A DNA stretch of 64,000 bases from Candidatus Babelota bacterium. Lineage in GTDB: Bacteria; Babelota; Babeliae; Babelales; Vermiphilaceae. The translations under genes and the position numbers were made by a program. Under the pieces are notes generated by a model. The model saw only the letters and a program-made list of their open reading frames with translations, searched no databases and had not been told where the DNA came from. This document shows, one piece after another, positions 48,164-57,931 of this stretch. Each line of letters opens with the position of its first letter. The stretch's first letter is position 1. The DNA lies in contig JBMOLF010000007.1 of assembly GCA_049325595.1 (NCBI GenBank), forward strand, positions 1 through 64,000, read 5' to 3'.

Positions 48164-49507
48164 ATGGATCTGGCATCTACTATTACTAAATTAAGTGATC
48201 TTATTTTAGGATGGCCGTTAATTATTTACGTTGTTTCTATCGGCGCATTATGTACCTTTGTTTTGCGATTTATACAGATTCGTTATTTTGCAAAGGCATG
48301 GCAGTGGACTTTGCGACCAGATAAAGCAGAAATGCAAGTTGCAAAATCAGCCGATATGTCTCCTTTACAAGCTTTTATTAATGCTCTTAATATTGGGGTA
48401 GGTAATGGTAGTTTGGCTGGTATGGCAACTGCAGTGTATTCCGGAGGACCGGGTGCGGCATTATGGGTAATACTTATTAGTATTTTACTTATGGCAGTAC
48501 GCTATGCTGAAGTATATCTTGCAAGTTATTTTGCCACACATTCTGAGCAAAAAAGTTCTATTGGTGGGCCGATGCTTTATTTAAAGGCAGTACCGGGCGG
48601 TAAATATCTTGCGTATGCCTATGCACTTATGTGTGTATTGTTCGGCTTTGGCATGGCAGCAATTATGCAAAGTAATTCAATTAGATTGGCAGTAGAAAGA
48701 ACATTCAATGTTTCGCCATATATGATAGCAACATTGTTTATGCTTTTTGTTGCTTATGTTGTTGTTGGCGGTGCAAAACGTGTTGTTTCTATATCAGAAA
48801 AAATTGTACCAATTAAAGTTGGGGTGTTTTTTATCTCAAGTATTGTTGTATTGCTGTATCATTACCAGAATATTTTGCCAGCTTTAAAACTTATTTTCAT
48901 GAGTGGTATTTCTTCTCAAGCTCTTCTTGGTGGTGTTGCTGGTTATAGCGTGCAACAAGCAATGCGTTTTGGTATGGTTCGTTCAATCAATGCAACTGAA
49001 ACTGGTCTTGGTACGGCAGCAATTTTCTTTGGCGGAACAAAAAGTAAAACACCAGTAAAAGATAGTATTATGACAATGCTCAGCACCTTTATGAGTATGG
49101 CCGTTTGTTTTTTAGTTGCTTTGTGCATTATTGCAAGTGGTGTTTGGAATAATGGATTACAAAGCACCGCATTAACAAGTTCAGCATTTGAAACAGTATT
49201 TGGTAATTTTGGCCAATGGATTGTGGCATTTTTATCAATTACCTTTGGTGTGGGGGTAACTGTATCGTATGTATATATTACCCGTGAATCGTGGCTCACC
49301 GTTACTGGCGGACGCTTTGTGCAATTATTTGGTGTACTCTATGCAGTAGCAGCATTTGTTGGTGCATTAATGAATGTTGATCTAGTATGGATGATTGCTG
49401 ACTGGATTAATGGCGGTCTATTGCTTATTAACTTATTTGGTATTGTATGCCTTATTCCGTTAATTCGAGCAGGATTAAAAGCGTTTGAACAACATAAACA
49501 TCAATAA
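48164..49507 (+). CDS. alsT: Alanine/glycine:cation symporter (AGCS family)
   Basis: GVGNGSLAGMATA..GGPGAALW, GGPMLY, MQSNS, ETGLGTA. Confidence 0.88.
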   Translation: MDLASTITKLSDLILGWPLIIYVVSIGALCTFVLRFIQIRYFAKAWQWTLRPDKAEMQVAKSADMSPLQAFINALNIGVGNGSLAGMATAVYSGGPGAALWVILISILLMAVRYAEVYLASYFATHSEQKSSIGGPMLYLKAVPGGKYLAYAYALMCVLFGFGMAAIMQSNSIRLAVERTFNVSPYMIATLFMLFVAYVVVGGAKRVVSISEKIVPIKVGVFFISSIVVLLYHYQNILPALKLIFMSGISSQALLGGVAGYSVQQAMRFGMVRSINATETGLGTAAIFFGGTKSKTPVKDSIMTMLSTFMSMAVCFLVALCIIASGVWNNGLQSTALTSSAFETVFGNFGQWIVAFLSITFGVGVTVSYVYITRESWLTVTGGRFVQLFGVLYAVAAFVGALMNVDLVWMIADWINGGLLLINLFGIVCLIPLIRAGLKAFEQHKHQ

Positions 49508-49508
49508 T

Positions 49509-50921
49509 ATGAATTCTTATTTGCCAAAAACTTTTTTAGTAACATCGCATACCAAATATGTTGGCCAAGGTAGCACTTTTGTAGCCATTAAAGGGCAAAA
49601 AGAAAATGGTGTTACCTACATTACCCATGCGCTTGAAAAAGGAGCTACGACTATTGTAGTAGCTCATGATGAACTGTTATCTAATGAAATTGTTCAAGCA
49701 CTAGCGTCACACCAAGCAAAACTTGTAAGAGTAGCTAATACACGCCAGGCGCTTGCTCAATTAAGTGCACAGGCCTATAATTTTCCTGCGCGTAAATTAA
49801 AAATTATTGCCATAACAGGAACTAAAGGTAAAACAACGACCAGTTGGATGTTGGCACATTTTTTTAAACAAGCAGGATTAAAAACTGCATTATTAAGTAC
49901 CGTTCGTAATCGTATTTTAGATACAGAATTCCAATCAGAACTTACCACTCCTCAGCCTGATTATATTCATGCTTTTTTACAGGCATGTGTAGCTCGAGAA
50001 GTTGAGTGGGTTGTCATGGAAACAGCAGCACAAGCAGCTTCGCTTTATCGTATTGACGGTATAGAGTTTGATGGAGCAATTTATACTAATTTTAGCTCGA
50101 CGCACGCTGAATTTTATGCTCGTGTAGAAGATTATTTTGCTGCAAAAAAGCAAATTTTAGAGCAAGTAAAAGCATCATGTCCCATAATTTTAAACGGTGA
50201 TGACAGCAAAGTATTTGCATTACAGCACTATTTTCCCAATGCCTATTGTACCTATGAAAATGGTGTTTATCGCATATGCAAAACCAACGTTGGTATTGCG
50301 TGGCAATATGCGTATCAAGGAAGATTATATAATTTTGAATGTCCCTCATTAATTGGTTCATTTAATATTAGTAACTTTGCAATGGCAATAACGCTTGCAT
50401 TAAAATGTTCTCTTTCTATTAGTGATCTACAAACTTTTTGTAAAACATTTACTGGGGTGCCTGGTCGATTAGAACGCTATCAGCTACCTAATGGTGCCAG
50501 CTGTTTTATAGATTATGCCCACACACCATCATCGTTTACAGCGGTTCTTTCGTTGTTGCGAAATATGACTCAACAATTAATCGTAGTATTTGGAGCAGGC
50601 GGCGAGAGAGATCGCAGTATGAGACCGCAGCTTGGCGATATAGCAAGCACACTTGCCGATGCTATTGTATTAACGATGGATAATCCACGTAGTGAGCAAG
50701 TAACCGATATTATTACTGATATTCTTGCAGGAATTGACCAATCCTATAAACAAAAAGTATTAGTAGAAGTTGACCGCGCACGAGCAATTGAAAAAGCATA
50801 TACAATAAGTCAGCCGGGGGCTATTATTGCATTGCTTGGCAAAGGGCCAGATGAATACCAAATTATTGGCACTCAAAAATTGCCATTTAGTGAGCGTGCA
50901 ATTGTTGCTTCATTCCGCTAA
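49509..50921 (+). CDS. murE: UDP-MurNAc-tripeptide synthetase MurE (meso-DAP type)
   Basis: ITGTKGKTT, LTTP, VPGRLE, IDYAHTP, DNPRSE. Confidence 0.93.
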   Translation: MNSYLPKTFLVTSHTKYVGQGSTFVAIKGQKENGVTYITHALEKGATTIVVAHDELLSNEIVQALASHQAKLVRVANTRQALAQLSAQAYNFPARKLKIIAITGTKGKTTTSWMLAHFFKQAGLKTALLSTVRNRILDTEFQSELTTPQPDYIHAFLQACVAREVEWVVMETAAQAASLYRIDGIEFDGAIYTNFSSTHAEFYARVEDYFAAKKQILEQVKASCPIILNGDDSKVFALQHYFPNAYCTYENGVYRICKTNVGIAWQYAYQGRLYNFECPSLIGSFNISNFAMAITLALKCSLSISDLQTFCKTFTGVPGRLERYQLPNGASCFIDYAHTPSSFTAVLSLLRNMTQQLIVVFGAGGERDRSMRPQLGDIASTLADAIVLTMDNPRSEQVTDIITDILAGIDQSYKQKVLVEVDRARAIEKAYTISQPGAIIALLGKGPDEYQIIGTQKLPFSERAIVASFR

Positions 50922-51022
50922 AGCTATTGCTTTTAAAAAATCCGATTTTCTGGTAATTGGGTATTTCCTTTTGATAGCGTAAAATTGGTTATTTTTCTTT
51001 AATCAATTTAAAAGGAGTATCC

Positions 51023-51598
51023 ATGAATAATCATCATAATCAAGAACAGCTTAATGAATTAAAGCCTTTACCTGAACGATGGTTGGGATTGCTTGGTCTT
51101 GGTATTTTATTGGTTGTGCTAGGCACTATTGCCTTAGGACTGTCAGTGTATACCACTTTGGCGAGTGTGTTAGTATTTGGTGGATTTTTAATTGCCGGTG
51201 GGATTTTGCAATTAATTCACGCATTTTATTGGAAGACATGGCGTGGATTTATTGTTGATTTTATTATTGGTATTTTAAATACCGTGGTAGGCGGATTACT
51301 TATTGCACGTCCTGCAGAAGGTGCGCTTTCACTTACCTTATTGCTTGCCGCATTCTTTTTAGTATCAGGATTATTTAAAATTGGTATTGCTATTGCCCGA
51401 CGCATGGAACATTATGGATGGGTAATTGTCAGCGGTGTAATAAATGTTATTTTAGGACTGCTTATTTTAGCGCAATGGCCAAGCTCAGGGTTGTGGGTTA
51501 TTGGCGCATTTATAGCAATCGATTTGCTCTTTAGTGGGTGGAGCTATATTATGCTTGCATTGTATATAAATCGTTTTAAAAAGAAATTGCACTCATAA
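51023..51598 (+). CDS. hdeD: HdeD (DUF308) family membrane protein
   Basis: Six hydrophobic segments; QWPSSGLWVIG..IDLLFSG. Confidence 0.85.
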   Translation: MNNHHNQEQLNELKPLPERWLGLLGLGILLVVLGTIALGLSVYTTLASVLVFGGFLIAGGILQLIHAFYWKTWRGFIVDFIIGILNTVVGGLLIARPAEGALSLTLLLAAFFLVSGLFKIGIAIARRMEHYGWVIVSGVINVILGLLILAQWPSSGLWVIGAFIAIDLLFSGWSYIMLALYINRFKKKLHS

Positions 51599-51723
51599 AT
51601 AATAGTCTTTAATTTGCCATCTACTCGTGCGATTCTTTACAAATATATGAATTCTGAATACTATAAATAAGTTGTTTCTTTTCACTTATTTAACACAAAA
51701 ATGTTACTAACGAGGTGTTGTAC

Positions 51724-53697
51724 ATGCAGTTACTCTCTTATGTAACGGCCATGATAGGAGCATCACTTTTTGGGATGTGCGTGGTCGGCTTTTTATTTAG
51801 ATTAATAAAAGCAAGCAAAGTTGATGATCCAAAGGCAGGTCATATTGCTTGGGCAATTAGATCAGGTGCCATGACCTTCTTAAGGGAAGAATATCGTGTT
51901 ATTGCCGTAGTAGTAGCATTAGTGACTGGTTTAATGGCCTATGCTGTAGGTTTTATTGCAGCACTATTTTTTGTGTTTGGTTCTCTTCTTTCTATGATTA
52001 CCGGTTTGATTGGTATGCGTGCAGCGACCGAAGCAAACGTTCGTACTACTTTAGCTGCTCGTGACAAGGGTGAGCATGCAGCATTTTTAATGTCATTCTT
52101 TGGTGGTGGCGTAATGGGTTTTGCTGTTGCAAGCTTTGGTCTGTTGGGACTTGGTATCATTTTTTATTTATTTGTAGATAATCCAGATTTTGTAAAGATT
52201 TTAACGTGCTTTAGCATCGGTGCATCATTAGTAGCATTCTTTGCGCGAGTAGGTGGCGGTATTTTTACTAAATCAGCTGACGTTGGTGCAGATTTAGTTG
52301 GTAAAATTGAAGCGGGCATTCCTGAAGACGATCCACGTAACCCGGCGGTTATAGCTGATAACGTTGGTGATTGCGTTGGTGATACTGCCGGTATGGGTGC
52401 TGATATTTATGAGTCATATGTAGGGGCAATGGTTGCTTCAATCGTATTGGCAACTACTTTATATGGTCAAAATCTTCTCTATTTGACTATGCCGGTAATG
52501 CTTTCAGTTCTTGGTTTATTTGGTTCAGTTATTGGTTTAGTTTCTAATGCATTATTTAAACTTGAACCGGCTGCTATGTTGCGTAATGCAACTTATGTAG
52601 CAATTGCTGCATTGTTAGCAGGATCATATCTTTATATTTCTTACACTGGTATTGAACAAAGTCTTTTCATTGCTATTTTACTTGGTTGTGTTTCCGGTAT
52701 TTTAGTTGGATTAATTACTGAGTATTATACGGGCGGAACACCGGTAAAAAATGTTGCAGAAAGTGCCCGTTCTGGTGCAGCAACTAATATTATTTATGGG
52801 TTGTCTGTTGGTATGGAATCAACCGCAGTTCCTGTTGTGTTGCTTGCAATAATTGTATTGCTTGCCTACATCTATGGTGGCGGCTTGTTTGGTGTTTCAT
52901 TGTCTGCAGTTGCAATGTTGGCAACCGTTGGTATTACCATGACGGTTGATGCGTATGGTCCAATTGCTGATAATGCCGGCGGTATTTCTGAAATGGCAGG
53001 GTTTGGTCCTAGCGTGCGTAACATTACCGATAAGCTTGATGCTCTTGGTAATACAACTGCTGCAATGGGTAAAGGCTTTGCAATTGGTTCAGCATTATTA
53101 ACAGCGCTTGCAATGTTTAACGCCTATGCAAAAGAAGCACACATTAGTGTTCTTGATATTTTAGATCCATTTATTTTAGTGGGTGTATTTATCGGTTCTA
53201 TCTTGCCATTTGTTATTTCTTCTTTGACCATGCGTTCAGTTGGTAAAGCTGCGCTTCAAATGGTTATGGAAGTGCGCCGTCAATTTAAAGAAATTCCAGG
53301 ATTGATGGAAGGTAAAGCAGAACCTGATTACAAGCGTTGTGTTGCAATTAGTACCAAAGCAGCAATTAAAGAAATGATTTTGCCTGGCGTGATCACCGTT
53401 GCATTGCCTATTCTTATTCGCTTTACTCTTGGTAAAGAAGCTTTAGGCGGCATGCTTGTTGGCGCTACCTTAGTTGGTGTATTGCTTGCGCTTATGATGG
53501 CAAACGGTGGCGGTGCATGGGATAATGCGAAAAAATATATCGAAGCCGGTAACTTAGGTGGTAAAGGTTCTGATGCGCATAAAGCGGCTATCGTTGGCGA
53601 CACGGTAGGAGACCCATTCAAAGATACATCCGGTCCAGCATTAAATATTTTAATTAAGTTAATGTCGGTAGTTTCGTTATTATTAGTGTTAATTTAA
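51724..53697 (+). CDS. hppA: Membrane-bound pyrophosphatase, K+-dependent, probably Na+-translocating
   Basis: [51 protein letters not shown]. Confidence 0.95.
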   Translation: MQLLSYVTAMIGASLFGMCVVGFLFRLIKASKVDDPKAGHIAWAIRSGAMTFLREEYRVIAVVVALVTGLMAYAVGFIAALFFVFGSLLSMITGLIGMRAATEANVRTTLAARDKGEHAAFLMSFFGGGVMGFAVASFGLLGLGIIFYLFVDNPDFVKILTCFSIGASLVAFFARVGGGIFTKSADVGADLVGKIEAGIPEDDPRNPAVIADNVGDCVGDTAGMGADIYESYVGAMVASIVLATTLYGQNLLYLTMPVMLSVLGLFGSVIGLVSNALFKLEPAAMLRNATYVAIAALLAGSYLYISYTGIEQSLFIAILLGCVSGILVGLITEYYTGGTPVKNVAESARSGAATNIIYGLSVGMESTAVPVVLLAIIVLLAYIYGGGLFGVSLSAVAMLATVGITMTVDAYGPIADNAGGISEMAGFGPSVRNITDKLDALGNTTAAMGKGFAIGSALLTALAMFNAYAKEAHISVLDILDPFILVGVFIGSILPFVISSLTMRSVGKAALQMVMEVRRQFKEIPGLMEGKAEPDYKRCVAISTKAAIKEMILPGVITVALPILIRFTLGKEALGGMLVGATLVGVLLALMMANGGGAWDNAKKYIEAGNLGGKGSDAHKAAIVGDTVGDPFKDTSGPALNILIKLMSVVSLLLVLI

Positions 53698-53717
53698 TTA
53701 ATGTTATAAGTTATTAG

Positions 53718-53753
53718 GTCCCTGTGATATTAACATCACGGGGACTTTTTTTT
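53718..53753 (+). terminator. Rho-independent terminator
   Basis: GTCCCTGTGAT-ATTAAC-ATCACGGGGAC followed by T8. Confidence 0.85.
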
Positions 53754-53764
53754 GGTAAAACAAG

Positions 53765-55129
53765 ATGAGATTTTATTATTTAATTCTATTGAGCTGTAGC
53801 GTTTATATTTTTGGTGCGGAAGATTTTATATGTCCTTCATTAAAAGAGTTTGCTTTAAAAAAGACGCTTGATTTAATGCCTAATCACGAAAATATGCGCA
53901 AAAATTTAACTCAAAAAATAGTTGCAGGTCAATTAGGTTATGCACTAGAAAAACCACTAGCTCGGAAAATAGTTGCTGATTCAGGAAATGAAATTGCGAT
54001 AGCCCAAGTGTTAATGAATAAGTTTTCAAGGCCTAGTTTTACTACTCATCTTATGATTGAGCCACATAGCAAGTGGAAATTATGCAATAATCATATTATT
54101 GTATTGCACTACCAAAAATTGCCCATTCTTCTCAATGCCATTACCGGCGAAAAAGAAACCGTTACTTTTTTACCATATAAAGACAATGAAAGGCTGATGT
54201 CCAATTGTTTTGCTATAAATCATGAGGGAGCGATAATAGCTCATGCAGAAGGTAAACAACATGAGAATAATTCTTACTATTCAATACTGTTGTGGAAACC
54301 GGAACAAAAAAAATTATTAAAAGAGATATCACTTAAAAAGAATTATATTCCACGTAAGATGGTATTTTCTGCTCAGGGCAAATTTATAGCATTATCTTAT
54401 ACAGCCAAGCGAAAAATTTATACCGACATATTAGATACTAAAACATTACATAAATTTAAAACCGTACAAGGGTCTTGCGGAAAATTTAGTAAGGATGAAC
54501 AAAAATTTTATTACTATACCACACCAGATAACGATAGTTTGTACGAACATTCTCTGCAATTAAACACAGGCATTGTTGATGATGATTTTAGAATAGTTGA
54601 AATGAAATGCTCAAAACGTTGTCATGAACCTGATTGTTTAAAAAGAAAAATAACATGGATGATAGATCAAAAAATAGTCTTGCATCATCAAACGGAAAAT
54701 ACCTTTTATCAAATTAAAAATGATACTATGGTCTTTCCTCAATTGTTTGTTGATGAAGTGCATGATGGCAGTGCATTAAAGCTAGGCAAAACGATTGAAA
54801 TTTATGATAACTTTATCAAAAAGAAAGTAGGTAATTTTACTATTCCAGGCGCATTATTTTCTGCGCAAATAGAATTGGTTTGTCCAAGAGCTGATCTTAT
54901 TGTTCTTTCAACCGAAAATTCGCCAAATTTACAAGTATATTCTATTAAAACCAATCAACTAATCCAGGAATTACCTAATGCCCGTGGTTTGAAAATTGAG
55001 TTAAGTCAAAATAATAATTATTTTATGTGCAAGGGGTACAATCGTTGGCAAATAATACCTACCCATCATTTTTATCTTGATCATACACCCGCGCAAGAAT
55101 TAGTAAAAACTGCTTTAAGTTTGAATTAG
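53765..55129 (+). CDS. Secreted beta-propeller-like protein with N-terminal BC-box-like motif
   Basis: Signal peptide; CPSLKEFALKKTL; WD-like AINHEGAIIA..ILLWKPE, FSAQGKFIA, FSKDEQKF. Confidence 0.65.
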   Translation: MRFYYLILLSCSVYIFGAEDFICPSLKEFALKKTLDLMPNHENMRKNLTQKIVAGQLGYALEKPLARKIVADSGNEIAIAQVLMNKFSRPSFTTHLMIEPHSKWKLCNNHIIVLHYQKLPILLNAITGEKETVTFLPYKDNERLMSNCFAINHEGAIIAHAEGKQHENNSYYSILLWKPEQKKLLKEISLKKNYIPRKMVFSAQGKFIALSYTAKRKIYTDILDTKTLHKFKTVQGSCGKFSKDEQKFYYYTTPDNDSLYEHSLQLNTGIVDDDFRIVEMKCSKRCHEPDCLKRKITWMIDQKIVLHHQTENTFYQIKNDTMVFPQLFVDEVHDGSALKLGKTIEIYDNFIKKKVGNFTIPGALFSAQIELVCPRADLIVLSTENSPNLQVYSIKTNQLIQELPNARGLKIELSQNNNYFMCKGYNRWQIIPTHHFYLDHTPAQELVKTALSLN

Positions 55130-55140
55130 GTGATCGCTTT

Positions 55141-56004
55141 TTATTTTTGATTTTTATAATTTTGTATAAATTTCTTCAATTTAATTAGTTTTTCTTTTTT
55201 GGTTTGATCAAGTAGGTCATGTGCCGTGCGATTGTTATTGTTAGATATATCAAGAGAAATACCAGCATCTAAAAGTAGTTTGGCTTTTTTTTGTAAAATT
55301 TCATATTGATCATAAGAATAATTTATTAGATCATGAAATGCAGTATCTCCAAATATGTTTGTCTCATTTACCCTAACTCCATGTTGTGTATAAAAGGTGA
55401 TTAATTCTGGTTCATAGTCCAGCCCAGCTGCTACTTGATGAAGCACGGAGCAACCAAGATCTTTTTGTAAAGTGAATTGAGTATTATATTGAGCAAACAA
55501 TTCTGCCATTTTTACTGACTTTAACCAAAAAATAATAGGAGGACTACTATTTAATTTTTGATTCGGATTTGCACATTTGCCAAGTAGAAATTGTGACATG
55601 GGATAATCTTGATGCATAGCAGCACGATATAATGGGTTAGCGCAACCATACTTAGTTGTTTGATCCACAAAAGCGCCTGCAGCAATGAGGCATGCTGCGC
55701 CGCTACGTAGTCGATGATAATTTACATCATTGCTTCGCTCTAATATCTTTTTTAATAAATTATTTTTTGTTTCAGCTGTTAGAGATTGAATAGTTATCCA
55801 TTGAGCGGGATAATTTTTTTCAAAAAAATCATCTTCAATTTCTTTAGGGCATTTGCATTCTTCGGTAAGAAAATCTGCTAATTCTTGATTATCATCAACG
55901 TCAATTTTTGTTGTATAAACATGTGCGCTGGACTCAAACCAGTCAAATGATTTTATTTGATTGCAAGACGTTATAATAATGAGTGCCAAAAGAAGTCTAG
56001 TCAT
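55141..56004 (-). CDS. Secreted ankyrin repeat protein
   Basis: NPLYRAA, GCSVLHQVA, GDTAFHDL, NRTAHDL. Confidence 0.85.
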   Translation of the reverse strand: MTRLLLALIIITSCNQIKSFDWFESSAHVYTTKIDVDDNQELADFLTEECKCPKEIEDDFFEKNYPAQWITIQSLTAETKNNLLKKILERSNDVNYHRLRSGAACLIAAGAFVDQTTKYGCANPLYRAAMHQDYPMSQFLLGKCANPNQKLNSSPPIIFWLKSVKMAELFAQYNTQFTLQKDLGCSVLHQVAAGLDYEPELITFYTQHGVRVNETNIFGDTAFHDLINYSYDQYEILQKKAKLLLDAGISLDISNNNNRTAHDLLDQTKKEKLIKLKKFIQNYKNQK

Positions 56005-56347
56005 AACCAGTTCCTTATTAATTCTGCATTGAACTATTTTTTGTTAATCAATTTTTTCTTTAATCTTTTTACCGATAAAAAATGTTTAATAGCAAGTAGG
56101 CTTTGTACACTATCAATACTGTTGATTTCTTCTAGCGCTGTTTTTTCCATTGCTGCACTTGAAAAAAAATGATAGGTGTAAAGCAATGAATTAACGTAAG
56201 AATATAATAGAGCATACGATTCCTTTTTTGGCCTCTAAACATGATATATTAAGTTATTTGGCATTTTTGGTAAACCTTTGACTCATCTTTACTATTTTCT
56301 CTACCGTTAGATTAATGTTGATAGTAAAATTGAGGTTCAAGGAATTA

Positions 56348-57517
56348 ATGATGAAAAATTCATTTAATCGTACCGTGTGGGGATTTGGGTTAGCCAGTTT
56401 TTTTGGTGATTTTGGTTATGAGATGGCCAATGTTCTTTTGCCCTTGTTGGCCGTGATGGTTGCGGGTTCCCATGCGCCGGCTACGCTTGGCTTAGCTGTA
56501 GGGCTAGCAGCGGGTATTGCTGGGTTGCTACGTGTATTGTTTGGTTGGATAAGTGATCACGTAACAGAAAAAAGATTTTTAATTGCATCAGGCTATGGTA
56601 TTACTGCCGTGTGTAATGCGTTACTCGGTTTTGCAACGCAAACTTGGCATATTATTTGGAGCCAAATCGGTGCATGGACTGGTAGTGCTATGCGAGAGCC
56701 GGGGCGTGATGCTATTTTATCGGGTTTAGGTGATTCACCTACTGTTGTTAAAGCATTTAGTATTGAGCGCGCAATGGATACCTTAGGTGCATTAGTTGGC
56801 CCTTTGTGTGCATTTTTCTTAATCAAATTCATGTCGGTTCGTTCTTTGCTTTTTTTAACTCTTATACCAGGACTTTGCGCAGCCGTAACAATAATAACTT
56901 TGGCTTCTGTTACTTCCGGAATAACAACACACGCATCTCGTTTGCGAATTAAAGATATAGCTCAGTTACCAAGCGAATTTAAAAACTTTTTACTTACCAT
57001 GCTCTTATTTGGTATTGGTAATTTGAGCAAAACATTTTTAGTATTGCGGGCTGCTCAAACCTTCGGTATTCAAACCGATGCTATTGTGGCAAGCAGTTAT
57101 GCAATTGAAATATACATATTTTTTAATGCCGTCCGTGCCATAACCGAATTTACTTTAAGTTTTTTTAACCGTTTTTTGACCAAGCGCTGGTGGATTTTAA
57201 TAGGATTTGGCGCATTTATGGTAGCCTCACTATTACTTATAATAGCTGGAAATACCTTTACTTTATGGGGACTTGTGGTACTTATGATAGGTATGAGCAA
57301 TGGCATTATTTCGGTGATGCAACGGGCATATGCGGCTGACTTTCTGCCAGAACAGATTCGGAGTACTGGTTATGGGCTACTTTCCATGGTTGGAAATTTA
57401 TCCGGCGTAATTTCAAGTATTGTAGTCGGTGCATTATGGACATATGTTGGCGCACCAGTTGCTTTTATGTATACGGCAACAACGGCTTTGTTAGCATTAT
57501 TGTTATTTGGGCGATGA
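56348..57517 (+). CDS. MFS transporter
   Basis: About 12 hydrophobic segments; FGWISD, REPGRDAIL, ERAMDTLGALVGP, RSTGYGL. Confidence 0.9.
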   Translation: MMKNSFNRTVWGFGLASFFGDFGYEMANVLLPLLAVMVAGSHAPATLGLAVGLAAGIAGLLRVLFGWISDHVTEKRFLIASGYGITAVCNALLGFATQTWHIIWSQIGAWTGSAMREPGRDAILSGLGDSPTVVKAFSIERAMDTLGALVGPLCAFFLIKFMSVRSLLFLTLIPGLCAAVTIITLASVTSGITTHASRLRIKDIAQLPSEFKNFLLTMLLFGIGNLSKTFLVLRAAQTFGIQTDAIVASSYAIEIYIFFNAVRAITEFTLSFFNRFLTKRWWILIGFGAFMVASLLLIIAGNTFTLWGLVVLMIGMSNGIISVMQRAYAADFLPEQIRSTGYGLLSMVGNLSGVISSIVVGALWTYVGAPVAFMYTATTALLALLLFGR

Positions 57518-57793
57518 TACATACGCTTTTTGCAGTAGAGAAAAATAAGATTTTTGTGTTGTTACATCAAACTGATAAACCATAGCATTCGCACACCATC
57601 CACATGTTATTTGACCTGTTTGTTTATCAAGTACTGCAAAAATGGGAATGCCCATATTGGTTAGCCCATGATACACTTCTTCAGTTTCATTATTGGCAGT
57701 AGCTTTAATAACGCGACTAACGGTAAAAGATTCGCTAGAATAGACAATGGTGGTAATTTGAAGCAATAACATTGCTACAATATAGATTTTCAT
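57503..57793 (-). CDS. Small secreted hypothetical protein
   Basis: AAGGA RBS; signal peptide. Confidence 0.65.
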   Translation of the reverse strand: MKIYIVAMLLLQITTIVYSSESFTVSRVIKATANNETEEVYHGLTNMGIPIFAVLDKQTGQITCGWCANAMVYQFDVTTQKSYFSLLQKAYVSSPK

Positions 57794-57931
57794 GCTGATT
57801 TTCCTTTTTTTTACTAATTTTTTACACTAATAATCATGAGACTTCTTCGATTATATGGGCGTATAGTACCCTGTTTATGGCTTTTCATTTTTTTGCTATC
57901 CTGGAATTATAGTTACCATAAGGAATCATTC

